DNA of 64,000 nt from Candidatus Cloacimonadales bacterium (lineage in GTDB: Bacteria; Cloacimonadota; Cloacimonadia; Cloacimonadales; JAIOQZ01), in NCBI GenBank assembly GCA_963665815.1, contig OY762463.1, positions 1,920,001 to 1,984,000 on the forward strand, given 5' to 3'. The notes under the pieces were generated by a model, which had not been told where the DNA came from, made no database searches, and saw only the letters and a list, made by a program, of their open reading frames with translations. This document shows, one piece after another, positions 18,448 through 28,049 of the stretch; position 1 is the first letter of the stretch; every line of letters begins with the position of its first letter. Both the position numbers and the translations under genes were made by a program.

Positions 18448-20163
18448 ATGAGAAAAATATTAGTACTCCTTATAATTGCAGCCGTTTTCTGTGGCTGTGT
18501 TTCCAAGCCGGACAAGACAGTTGGAAAAATAAACGGTAAATACATATCACTGACTGCATATAATTCAGCTGTTAAGCAACAGTTTGAGTTATTCAAAACA
18601 AAGTATGACAGAAGCCCTAATCCTGAAGAAATGGAAGGTCTTAAAGAAAAAGCCTGGGATCGTTTGATAACTTCTGTCGTTCTTGATGAGCAATTTGAGA
18701 AGTACAATATCAAAGTCACGAGAAGTGAAGCTATCGATTCTCTGATAACACATATTCCTGATGATGTCTCCAAAATGAAGATATTCATGAAAGATGGAGA
18801 ATTAGACAGGGAAATGTATGTCAATTCTGTCAAATTCGATGACCCGGTACCAATGAACTGGGCAAGAGAACACTATTTCTTTACATACTTACCTTATCTG
18901 AAATTGAAGAATATTGTTCACAAGAATAGAAAAATTGATGAAGACATGATAAAAAAAGAATACGAAATCATTGAAGGCAGAGCTAACATAGAAGTAATTG
19001 AAGTTGATCCCGAAAATTTCAAAAAAGAAGCATATGTCTCTCAACCGGACATTATGAATTATTATGAAGAAAATAAGAAGGATTATTTCATTCCTGCATC
19101 TTGCGATCTTGTTGTTTATGAGTTTCCGCTTCAGCCATCAAAAGCTGATGTGAAAAAAGCTAAAGTTGTTGCTGACTCAATATATTATGAGATTAAGAGA
19201 GGGAAAAACTACGCTTACTTCTATGATTATCTTGCCTATCATAAAATACGCTGGACAAAACTGGATTCTCTTCCTTCAACTGTTGTGAAAGATCTTAACC
19301 AAAGCAATTTCAAGAACCCTACAAAACCATACAAAAGAGGTAACCAATGGGTTATACTTGTTCCGGACACTAAGAAACGAAATCTTCTCAAAATGCGGGA
19401 ACTGGTTATTGAACCGGAACTATCAAGAGAGACAAAGAAAAACGTTGAAGAAGAAGTTAACTCTTTTAAAGAAATCATTAAAGATATTGGTCTTAAAAAT
19501 GCCATTGATGAATTTAATATTAAAGTCCATTATGCGGATAATCTTACTTTCAAGAACACAAAAATACCAGTTATAGGCGAAAGTATGAGTCTCGTCCGTA
19601 AAGCAGTCAACCAGTTTGAAGGCACTTTTTTCAATCCGATATGGGATAATAAAGCGAGTAAATATATTATTGTGCAAGTCAGAAGAGCTCAGAAAGAAGA
19701 ATATGAATCTTTAATGAATAAAGCTGAAGAAATCAGAACTCTTCTTGTTGATAAGAAATCAAAAAAACTTGCTGAAGCTAAGGCAAATGAATTAATCAAC
19801 AATTTTTCCGAAGAGACCCTTAGTTCTAAATCAGACAAGTATAGTACTGAACAGCAATTCAGGTTTACACCAGATACTAAAATTTTTGGAAATTTTGATA
19901 GCAAAATGAATAGACAAATATTATCATATGGTAAAGAAGGTCTAATCAAGAAACCTTTTGAGTTAAATGAGAAATTTTATATAGTCTATATCAATAATTA
20001 TTATCCTATTAATTATGATTCATTAAAGGATAAACGCTTTGAGATCATTGCAAAACTGAAATCTCATGGAAAAGATGAGTACTTCGATAAATGGTTTGAA
20101 AGTCTCAAAGCTAATGCAAAAATCAAAGACTGGAGAAATGCTAATCAGATGATCCAGCAATAG
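18448..20163 (+). CDS. Second SurA/PpiD-like protein (lipoprotein, degenerate PPIase)
   Basis: Lipobox-like FCGC; collinear similarity to the upstream gene; parvulin motifs lost. Confidence 0.7.
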   Translation: MRKILVLLIIAAVFCGCVSKPDKTVGKINGKYISLTAYNSAVKQQFELFKTKYDRSPNPEEMEGLKEKAWDRLITSVVLDEQFEKYNIKVTRSEAIDSLITHIPDDVSKMKIFMKDGELDREMYVNSVKFDDPVPMNWAREHYFFTYLPYLKLKNIVHKNRKIDEDMIKKEYEIIEGRANIEVIEVDPENFKKEAYVSQPDIMNYYEENKKDYFIPASCDLVVYEFPLQPSKADVKKAKVVADSIYYEIKRGKNYAYFYDYLAYHKIRWTKLDSLPSTVVKDLNQSNFKNPTKPYKRGNQWVILVPDTKKRNLLKMRELVIEPELSRETKKNVEEEVNSFKEIIKDIGLKNAIDEFNIKVHYADNLTFKNTKIPVIGESMSLVRKAVNQFEGTFFNPIWDNKASKYIIVQVRRAQKEEYESLMNKAEEIRTLLVDKKSKKLAEAKANELINNFSEETLSSKSDKYSTEQQFRFTPDTKIFGNFDSKMNRQILSYGKEGLIKKPFELNEKFYIVYINNYYPINYDSLKDKRFEIIAKLKSHGKDEYFDKWFESLKANAKIKDWRNANQMIQQ

Positions 20164-20171
20164 CTGTCAAA

Positions 20172-21911
20172 ATGGAGGTTGATATCCTTCAACGAAAATT
20201 TCAATACTTGTCAGAAGATGTTAAGAAACTACGTGATTCTCGAAGAAAGAAAGAGAATCTCCTGTCTAACTATTATTCAATAGCACATAAACTATTCGTA
20301 AAAGGCGAATACTTAAAATGTATTAAGTATGCTGACAAGGCTATCCAATATGGTGACATTGATAATCCCAGGAAACAACTGATTCAATGCTATCAATTTT
20401 TGTCTATAAGTAACAAGCATTTTGGTAGAATTCTTGATGCAATTCAATATTCATTTCTTTCACTGAAACTCGCTGAACAAATTAATGATAAACGACTGAT
20501 TTCATTTATTCTTAACAACCTCAGTGTGATTTACAAGACAATGAATGATTTTGATAAATCTCTTGAGTATGCATTATTGTCTCTGGAGCTAAAGGATAAA
20601 GAAAAAGATCCACTAAGCTATGCAAAATCCTGCGGGAATGCAGCTCTGATATACAAATCAATGAAAGACTATGAAAAAGCAATCAGCCTTACAGAACAGT
20701 CAGTCGAAATTTTCAAGACCAATAATGAATTTGAAAATACAGCGTCTGCTTTGTGTAATTTATCTGTGTGCTACTCAGAAATGGGAGAAATTCCAAAAGC
20801 TATTGAAACTGTAAATAAATCTCTGGAGATTTTCAAAGAAATAGATTCTGAAATAGGTGTTATCAATGACTATCTGAATTTGTGTAAATTCAATATTGAG
20901 TTAGAAAACTATGATGAAGCTGAAACCTTTTTACAGAAAGCTGATAGCGACTACGAAATGAATGATTTAATGCGAGCAGAATATCTTTCTTTGCGGCATC
21001 TTCTTGATTTCAGAACAGGTGATTTTGAGTCTGCATACCGAAATATTGTTAAATATAACGAACTTAATGCAAAAATTGATGCAAAGACTAACCGTAAGGA
21101 GGTTGCAGATATTGAATTAGGCTATCAATTAAAAAAGAAAACCAGAGAAGCAGAATCCTATAAAAGAAAGAACGATGAACTTGATAGACTCAATAAAGAG
21201 CTTAACAGAATATCATCAATAAAAAACAAGTTGATCTCAGTTATTGGTCATGATTTGAAAATTCCACTTACATCCATTACCAGTGCATCTGAGATGCTTA
21301 TTGAATATTATAATGAACTTGAACAGGAACAGAGAACCAGTTTCCTCAAAGTTGTTTATGATTCGGCAGACAACCTGAACAGTATGCTTAACAATCTTCT
21401 TCAATGGTCACGATATCTTGATAATACAGACCAGATAAGGACTTCTGACATCAAAATTTCCGATCAGATTAGTGATATAAAGAAATACCTCAAAAGAGAC
21501 CTGGATAAGAAAAATATAGTTATTGTACTCAATGATAATGAGATTAACAGTATTAATACTGACTCGAATATTTTACAGATTGTTCTGAGAAACATTATTT
21601 TCAATTCCGTGAAATTTTCTATGCCCGGAAGTCATATCAGAATCAATCTCACAAGAAAGGAAAAGTCCATTAACCTCAGTATTACTGACTTTGGCGTGGG
21701 AATGTCTGATAATCAGATAAAATGTATTTTAAACAAAAATAATTGCTTTTCAACTTCAGGGACAATGAATGAGAAAGGAAGTGGAATTGGTTTAAGAATT
21801 TGCCTTGATCTCCTGGAAATGATGAATTGCAGATTAGAGATCGAAAGTAAAGAAAAACAGGGAAGCACATTTACTATAGTCTTCCCTGCTGAAAAAATTA
21901 GAAATCTATAA
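20172..21911 (+). CDS. TPR-containing cytoplasmic sensor histidine kinase
   Basis: TPR repeats; H-box GHDLKIPL, N-box NSVKFS, DFGVG, GSGIGL, GSTF. Confidence 0.9.
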   Translation: MEVDILQRKFQYLSEDVKKLRDSRRKKENLLSNYYSIAHKLFVKGEYLKCIKYADKAIQYGDIDNPRKQLIQCYQFLSISNKHFGRILDAIQYSFLSLKLAEQINDKRLISFILNNLSVIYKTMNDFDKSLEYALLSLELKDKEKDPLSYAKSCGNAALIYKSMKDYEKAISLTEQSVEIFKTNNEFENTASALCNLSVCYSEMGEIPKAIETVNKSLEIFKEIDSEIGVINDYLNLCKFNIELENYDEAETFLQKADSDYEMNDLMRAEYLSLRHLLDFRTGDFESAYRNIVKYNELNAKIDAKTNRKEVADIELGYQLKKKTREAESYKRKNDELDRLNKELNRISSIKNKLISVIGHDLKIPLTSITSASEMLIEYYNELEQEQRTSFLKVVYDSADNLNSMLNNLLQWSRYLDNTDQIRTSDIKISDQISDIKKYLKRDLDKKNIVIVLNDNEINSINTDSNILQIVLRNIIFNSVKFSMPGSHIRINLTRKEKSINLSITDFGVGMSDNQIKCILNKNNCFSTSGTMNEKGSGIGLRICLDLLEMMNCRLEIESKEKQGSTFTIVFPAEKIRNL

Positions 21912-22695
21912 ACGATTTCTCCATATCATGATTCAGAATAAGCCTGCCTGATTTCTCTTTCAAATCCTTTAATATCCATTCTTTCGCTGCAGCAGTATCT
22001 CTTCTGCAAACATCATAAGAAAAGCAAAGTGGAATTCTCAAATTAAGTTCTCTTGATAGAACATCAGCAGTATAATACACAGGTTTATCCTCAGTTATCT
22101 TAACAATCTGGAAGCCATTTGTATGACCTCCTGTGAAATGAACACTCACTTCATCAGTTAAATTATAATCACCATCAACCAGCTTAAGATTCTTATCATT
22201 ATCAATCAGATGCAAATGATCCTCATAATTGTACGCAGCTTTATTAAGAGTATCAGGATCCAGAGCGATATCCCATTCTTTTTGCTGAATAACATGCTCA
22301 GCATTGGGAAAAGTGACAACATCATCACCATTGATATTGCTTATCAGTCCACCGGCATGATCGAAATGCAGATGAGTAAGAATAACATAATCAATATCAA
22401 GTCTGTTTATGTTGTTTTCTTCAAGTGCAGTAAGGATATTCTCATCTGAAGGAGAATAAATCTTCCTGATCTTGCTGTCGACTCTGTTTCCAAGCCCTGT
22501 ATCAACGATAATTCTTTTACCTTCTGATTCTATGTACAATAGATTTATAGAAGCCTGAACACGGTTTTTAGAGTCTACAGGGATATTCTTTGGCCATAAG
22601 GGTCTTGGAAGTACTCCCATTGCAGCCCCTGCATCAGACCAGAATGAACCGGCATTAAGAATCTTGAGTATTGCTTTCCTGTTTCTTCGATTCAT
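21898..22695 (-). CDS. MBL-fold metallo-hydrolase (YtnP-like)
   Basis: THLHFDHAGG, GGHT; start placed at ATG 22695 inside the jag 3' end. Confidence 0.85.
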   Translation of the reverse strand: MNRRNRKAILKILNAGSFWSDAGAAMGVLPRPLWPKNIPVDSKNRVQASINLLYIESEGKRIIVDTGLGNRVDSKIRKIYSPSDENILTALEENNINRLDIDYVILTHLHFDHAGGLISNINGDDVVTFPNAEHVIQQKEWDIALDPDTLNKAAYNYEDHLHLIDNDKNLKLVDGDYNLTDEVSVHFTGGHTNGFQIVKITEDKPVYYTADVLSRELNLRIPLCFSYDVCRRDTAAAKEWILKDLKEKSGRLILNHDMEKSFIDF

Positions 22696-23416
22696 GTCTG
22701 TTATTTCGGCTGTGGTTATTGTTTCTGTTGTTTCTGTAGTTTCTGAACTTTTTGCGATTATTATTGTGGTGTCTTGGTTTTGTCTGAGCTGAATCAGGAT
22801 CATATATTATCTGAACCTTTTTCTTATCTCCATCACCAATTGTCTTTGTTCTTAACTCTTTGTCACTCTCAACAAATTTATGAATCATTCGTCTTTGACC
22901 GGGTTTCATTGGATCAAAGGTGTAGGTTTTTTTGGTCTTTTTGACCTGCTCAGCTACAGCTTCAATCTTTGTATTGATATTCTTGTCATTATTCTTTCTG
23001 AAATCATCAATATCAAACATGATTCTGGTTTCATCGATCCCTGATTGAAGCAGATAACGATGAGTAATATGCTGCAGACTATCCAGAACTCTTCCGTTTT
23101 TACCAATAAGATAACCTTTATTCTGAACACCATTAAGCTTGATTATAAACTGTTTGTTTTTCTTGATAACTTCGAGTGTATTGAACTCGACATTCATCAT
23201 CTTGAGTAAATTTTCGATAAAATCTTTAACACTATCCGTGTTTTCAGGTAAAAAGAATTTAATAACAGTTGGTTTTCCCCCAAACAGATTAAAAAAACCA
23301 TTTGAGCCTTTATCAACAACTTCATATTTTAACTTATCTTTAGTAATCTTAAATTCTTTTAATACATTAGTAACAATATCAAATTCAGATTTACCTGTTC
23401 TTTGAATTACTTTCAT
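22655..23416 (-). CDS. jag: Jag/EloR (KhpB) RNA-binding protein
   Basis: Jag_N, KH (LIGKNGRVLDSLQ) and R3H (RRMIH) domains; follows yidC. Confidence 0.92.
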   Translation of the reverse strand: MKVIQRTGKSEFDIVTNVLKEFKITKDKLKYEVVDKGSNGFFNLFGGKPTVIKFFLPENTDSVKDFIENLLKMMNVEFNTLEVIKKNKQFIIKLNGVQNKGYLIGKNGRVLDSLQHITHRYLLQSGIDETRIMFDIDDFRKNNDKNINTKIEAVAEQVKKTKKTYTFDPMKPGQRRMIHKFVESDKELRTKTIGDGDKKKVQIIYDPDSAQTKPRHHNNNRKKFRNYRNNRNNNHSRNNRHESKKQESNTQDS

Positions 23417-23449
23417 AGAAGCACCCTAATTCCTTTTTCATAACTTTTG

Positions 23450-25072
23450 CTATTGAAATTTTTTCTTAATATAGTACTGCTGGATTATTCCCAGAATCTG
23501 GAAAACTGTCCAGTACAATACAAGTCCTGACGGCATGTTACGGAAAATCCAGAACATCAGTATAGGCATAGCATAACCCATAATTTTCTGATTCTGCATC
23601 ATTGCCTGCTGTTTTTCATCCATTTTACTCTTGTCCTGCTGTTTAGGCTGCATCAGCCTTTGCTGGAAGAACATGGAAATTGCCATAATTATTGGTAGAA
23701 TCATAAGTGGATCCGGCTCTGATAAATCAGTTATCCATGTAAGGAACGGAGTCTGTCTCAACTCAATAGATGATCTCAGCATTGGATAAAGGGACATAAA
23801 TATAGGCATTTGCAGCAGTAAAGGAAGGCATCCGCTTAATGGATTCGCTCCATTTTCCTTGTATATCCTGCTTAACTCTGCATTCATCTTCTTAGGATCA
23901 CTTTTATATTTCTGTTGTACTTCCTTAATTAATGGTTGAATCTTCTGCATTCTGTGTGTTGATTCAAAACTCTTGTGTGACAGAGGGTACAAAATAACCT
24001 TAAGCAATAATGCAAATACAATAATTACCAATCCGTAATTTGGTATAGCCTTGTGAATAAGTTGGAAAATCTTCATGAAAAATTTACTGAGAATCCTGAA
24101 TGGTTTAAATCCTAAATCTACAATATTTCCTGCACCAGGACCATACATTTCATCTAACAAATCATTCTGGAGGTGACCAAAATAAAGATCATACGATTCA
24201 TCCCAATAAAGTTTCTCATTAACTTCTTCAATATAAATTTTCATAGCTGGGCTGTTATTAGTTCTATAGACTTTCACATTCCTGATATTGACTTTAGGAT
24301 CAGGAAATGCTGCAATTGTGAAATATTTAGATCTAACAGCAAGCCAGTCAAACTGTCCTTCGTAAGATTGAACTTTATCAATTTTCTGTAATGGCAGTTT
24401 TTCCAGTTTATTATCAACTTGAGCCTTAAACTGGTATTCCCTTTTCTTATATTTTTCTTTTTTCTTATAAAACTTTTCTGTATCCCTGATTCCGCTGCCG
24501 AAATCAAGAGTATAACCCAAAATTCCCGGAAATTCATTTATCTTCATATTGAACTTCAGATTTCCGTTATCTTCCAGTGTAAATGTTTTTTCTACTAATA
24601 CATTTCCCATACTATCAGGCAGAAAGAATGATAAATGCTGTCCGCTATGAGAAAACTGGAACATTTTGCGAGTCAGGCGTTTTTTGAATCCATCCCCGAG
24701 TAAGTCCACTCTGGCGACTGTAAAGCTATCCGGAATCAGTTCAACGATATTCTGTTCGTCATCTTCAAAGTTCTTGATAAAGGCCTGTTTAATTTCAGCA
24801 CCTTTATTAGAGAACACAAATTTGACAATATCGTTTTCAAGAATGATTTCTGATTCTTCAGAAGCTTCATATAAACCGTCAGACGGTTCGCTAATATCCT
24901 TTTGTATTGCATCATCTGCATTGGTTTCTTCGGCTGTGTGCTTTACTTCAGCAGATGCCTGTTTCACGGAATTCTGTTGCTGTGTTTCAGCAGGTTTTTT
25001 CCAGAAAACCTGTGTCATTACAAGATACAGTGCAACTATTATTCCGATTGCAATAAAATTTCTTTTTTCCAA
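23450..25072 (-). CDS. yidC: Membrane protein insertase
   Basis: NPLSGCLPLLLQMPIF, WITDLS, PSGLVLYW; large periplasmic domain. Confidence 0.96.
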   Translation of the reverse strand: MEKRNFIAIGIIVALYLVMTQVFWKKPAETQQQNSVKQASAEVKHTAEETNADDAIQKDISEPSDGLYEASEESEIILENDIVKFVFSNKGAEIKQAFIKNFEDDEQNIVELIPDSFTVARVDLLGDGFKKRLTRKMFQFSHSGQHLSFFLPDSMGNVLVEKTFTLEDNGNLKFNMKINEFPGILGYTLDFGSGIRDTEKFYKKKEKYKKREYQFKAQVDNKLEKLPLQKIDKVQSYEGQFDWLAVRSKYFTIAAFPDPKVNIRNVKVYRTNNSPAMKIYIEEVNEKLYWDESYDLYFGHLQNDLLDEMYGPGAGNIVDLGFKPFRILSKFFMKIFQLIHKAIPNYGLVIIVFALLLKVILYPLSHKSFESTHRMQKIQPLIKEVQQKYKSDPKKMNAELSRIYKENGANPLSGCLPLLLQMPIFMSLYPMLRSSIELRQTPFLTWITDLSEPDPLMILPIIMAISMFFQQRLMQPKQQDKSKMDEKQQAMMQNQKIMGYAMPILMFWIFRNMPSGLVLYWTVFQILGIIQQYYIKKKFQ

Positions 25073-25089
25073 TTTACCTCCGGGGAAAA

Positions 25090-25308
25090 CTATGGGAGCG
25101 GATCATATCCTCCTGGATTGAAAGGATTGCATCTGAGTATACGGTGAATTGTAAGATACATTGCCTTGAAAGCATTGTACTTTTTAAACGCCTGATATGC
25201 ATATTCACTGCACGTAGGCGTGAATCTGCAGCTTGGCGGCAGCATAGGTGACAAATACCTGGAGTACAGTCTGATTAATATTAAAAAGAATGAGTTTATA
25301 ATTCTCAT
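25090..25308 (-). CDS. yidD: Membrane protein insertion efficiency factor
   Basis: [24 protein letters not shown]. Confidence 0.96.
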   Translation of the reverse strand: MRIINSFFLILIRLYSRYLSPMLPPSCRFTPTCSEYAYQAFKKYNAFKAMYLTIHRILRCNPFNPGGYDPLP

Positions 25309-25640
25309 ATATAATTCATTATTTTATCAAAAACGCTATCTAAGTCTTCAGTTAAATCCTGCCAGGTCTCAGCAGGATTCGCAGTTTTCGCAATGATAAC
25401 AATTCTTCTTCTGATATTTTGAATGGATTCTTCACGAGCTTTCAAATATGCCCTGATCCTTCTTTTAATTTTATTTCTGACTACAGCTTTCCCAACTTTT
25501 TTACCGGTAATTATACCGATACGGGTACTTTCAAGTTCAGTATCTTCATTCATCAAGACAGTAAAAAAATTCCCGGAAAACCTTTTGTTACTTCTGAACA
25601 ACAATTGATATTCCGGGTTTTTTTTTATAATTTCATACAT
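25305..25640 (-). CDS. rnpA: Ribonuclease P protein component
   Basis: [17 protein letters not shown] motif; synteny. Confidence 0.95.
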   Translation of the reverse strand: MYEIIKKNPEYQLLFRSNKRFSGNFFTVLMNEDTELESTRIGIITGKKVGKAVVRNKIKRRIRAYLKAREESIQNIRRRIVIIAKTANPAETWQDLTEDLDSVFDKIMNYI

Positions 25641-25774
25641 TAAACTGTGAGTCTTTTACGACCTTTTGCTCTTCTGTTGGATAATATCTTGCGTCCGGCT
25701 TTAGTTGCCATGCGAGAACGAAATCCATGAACTCTTTTTCTTCGAGTATTATGTGGTTGATAAGTCCTTTTCAT
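25640..25774 (-). CDS. rpmH: 50S ribosomal protein L34
   Basis: Missing from the ORF track. [51 protein letters not shown]. Confidence 0.97.
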   Translation of the reverse strand: MKRTYQPHNTRRKRVHGFRSRMATKAGRKILSNRRAKGRKRLTV

Positions 25775-25946
25775 TTTTTCTCCTATCCATTATCAATATT
25801 CACTTAAATCGGACCCATATTTTCCGAATTAACAACTTTATATTAGTATAGTCTGAAAAAATAAATCAGACAGTATGTCAAGCAGAATTTCGCTTAACAT
25901 GAATAAATACATTATAGAGTAAGAAAATTGTCCTTTGCAAAGACGC

Positions 25947-26219
25947 CTATTCAGATGTCCCGAAGGTCTCAAGCTTTGAACCGTCTACATAAAGCATCTT
26001 AGGACGCAGCGGCATGCCTGTTTTCTTAATCTTGTCATTGTCGTTTTCTTCTACGTGTCTCCAGATCTCCCATTGATCACCTTCACCGTCAACACAGAAT
26101 GTGACAGTTTTCTTTACAAAGTCATCAATTATAAATTGAATAGATTCAAGTGGTTCCGCTTTTGTTACCGGAATACAGAAATTTTTCTTGTCATATAAAA
26201 ACTGATTATCTTTATCCAT
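25947..26219 (-). CDS. Hypothetical protein (90 aa)
   Basis: AAGGAG SD before ATG 26219; last gene of the mre run. Confidence 0.7.
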   Translation of the reverse strand: MDKDNQFLYDKKNFCIPVTKAEPLESIQFIIDDFVKKTVTFCVDGEGDQWEIWRHVEENDNDKIKKTGMPLRPKMLYVDGSKLETFGTSE

Positions 26220-26229
26220 CCAAACTCCC

Positions 26230-26826
26230 TTATTTTGTGGTAAATTGGTAAACATTAAACGAGCCGACATCATCGACCCAAATCTTTCTTTTGCCTTTTA
26301 CATCGAAATTAATTACTATTCTTGCATACTTAGCTTCTTTCTTAAAGAAACCTGTACTAAATTCTAATTTTGACCATTCAGTTTGTAAAGATGTTTTTTG
26401 ACTAATTTCATTTCTGATTTTTCCCTTATCATCAAAAGTAACAAAATAACAGGTAATTCCATCACCTATCCACTTGTCAGACTTCATGAATAATCGGTTA
26501 TAGTAAGCATATTGGAAATTTATGTCAAAAGCCTCGGAAATCAGGCTAACTTCGCTGTTATCAACAGTTATACAGGCAGATTTTTCTCCGCTGTAAGCAA
26601 CGTTATTATCCCAGGTGATCACTGCCTCCGGTTTAGTTTTATGTAGAATCATCCAACCAAGAGGGACTTCATCATATTTAAAATCCCCTCCTTCAAAATC
26701 AGCATTGAAGACAAGATTTTCCTTACCTTCTGCATCCTTTTCAGAAAATTCCAGTGTCGATCCAAAAAAACAACCTGTTAAAACAACAAATAGTAATACC
26801 GATATCCAAATAATTAATTTTCTCAT
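26230..26826 (-). CDS. Lipoprotein with a CBM4/9-like galactose-binding jelly-roll domain
   Basis: Lipobox VLTGC; NLVFNADFE...P.GW...AYSGEKS...WVDDV pattern. Confidence 0.7.
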   Translation of the reverse strand: MRKLIIWISVLLFVVLTGCFFGSTLEFSEKDAEGKENLVFNADFEGGDFKYDEVPLGWMILHKTKPEAVITWDNNVAYSGEKSACITVDNSEVSLISEAFDINFQYAYYNRLFMKSDKWIGDGITCYFVTFDDKGKIRNEISQKTSLQTEWSKLEFSTGFFKKEAKYARIVINFDVKGKRKIWVDDVGSFNVYQFTTK

Positions 26827-26834
26827 TAACGATC

Positions 26835-28049
26835 CTAAAGTAAAGATTTCCTTTCAAGATAAAACTTCAATATCATTGCCACAGCAATAGAGTTTATCAG
26901 CAAATTTGATCCTCCATAACTTATAAAAGGTAATGGAAGACCAGTAGTTGGAAACAAGCTGATATTCATTCCAATGTTTATTACAATCTGAAATGCAAGA
27001 TAGGCAAGTATTCCCGATGCAGCAATCTGAAACTCCCGCACTCTTAATCCCGGTATAATTCTCGCAATTCGTATCAATAAAACCGCATATAACAGTATTA
27101 ATACAAAAGATCCGACAAAACCGAATTCTTCCCCTATAACCGAGAATATAAAATCAGTATGCTTCTCAGGCAGGAAGTTCAGGCTTTTCTGAGTTCCGGC
27201 AAGAAATCCCTTTCCGAGAACACCTCCGGAACCTACAGCAATCTTTGCTTGAATTATCTGATAACCTGACCCAAGAGGATCTCGTGCAGGATTAAGAAAA
27301 GTCAATATCCGTTCCTGCTGATAACCCTTTAAACTATTCCAGGCTACCGGAACAATAAGATAAACAAATACATTAACAATAACAATGATCGAAGTAAGGA
27401 ATATTGAATACTTATTCCTTATATATATAATAATTAAAAAAACAATCCATATAATAAAAAAAGTCAAATTAAAAATCAATAAAATGCTCATTATGGGACT
27501 TACGAGCATGAGAATATACAAAACAGGGAACTCTGACACTACCAAAATTGTTATCATTGAGACCAGAAATACCAGAGAAGTTCCAAGATCCGGTTCCAGC
27601 AAAACCAGCAGGAATGGAAAGGCAAAAGCCCCTGCTGCTCTTGTAAATTTCTGAAAATTCGTCAGTTCTTTTTTTGCCAGCAGCTTAGCGCAGAACATAA
27701 TTGAAACCAGTTTTGCCAACTCTGACGGCTGAATTCTTAATCCCGGTAACCGTATCCACCTGTGAGCTCCATTGATTTCCCTGAAAAAGAAAACAGCAAT
27801 AAGCATTACAAGTACAGTAATATATCCGGGAACAATTGCAACTTCAATAATTCTCCATGGTACACGCAGAATAAGAAACAGCATTCCAGCACTGAGAGCA
27901 AGCCATACTATCTGCCTAATATAGAAATTCTGAACATGATACTCATCACCAATACGTGTAGAGGAGGCAGTGTATATAGCTATTACTCCGAACACAACCA
28001 GAACCAGCCAGACCGTAAGAATTATCCTGTCAATCTGCCGGTTCATCAC
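26835..28049 (-). CDS. rodA: Rod shape-determining protein RodA
   Basis: QPSELAK, EPDLGT, LPEKHTDFIF, PFISYGGS. Confidence 0.95.
   Translation of the reverse strand: MMNRQIDRIILTVWLVLVVFGVIAIYTASSTRIGDEYHVQNFYIRQIVWLALSAGMLFLILRVPWRIIEVAIVPGYITVLVMLIAVFFFREINGAHRWIRLPGLRIQPSELAKLVSIMFCAKLLAKKELTNFQKFTRAAGAFAFPFLLVLLEPDLGTSLVFLVSMITILVVSEFPVLYILMLVSPIMSILLIFNLTFFIIWIVFLIIIYIRNKYSIFLTSIIVIVNVFVYLIVPVAWNSLKGYQQERILTFLNPARDPLGSGYQIIQAKIAVGSGGVLGKGFLAGTQKSLNFLPEKHTDFIFSVIGEEFGFVGSFVLILLYAVLLIRIARIIPGLRVREFQIAASGILAYLAFQIVINIGMNISLFPTTGLPLPFISYGGSNLLINSIAVAMILKFYLERKSLL

Noticed and set aside
22696-22803. Thr/Glu-rich N-terminal extension of the MBL ORF
   Set aside because: Alternative-frame reading of the jag low-complexity tail
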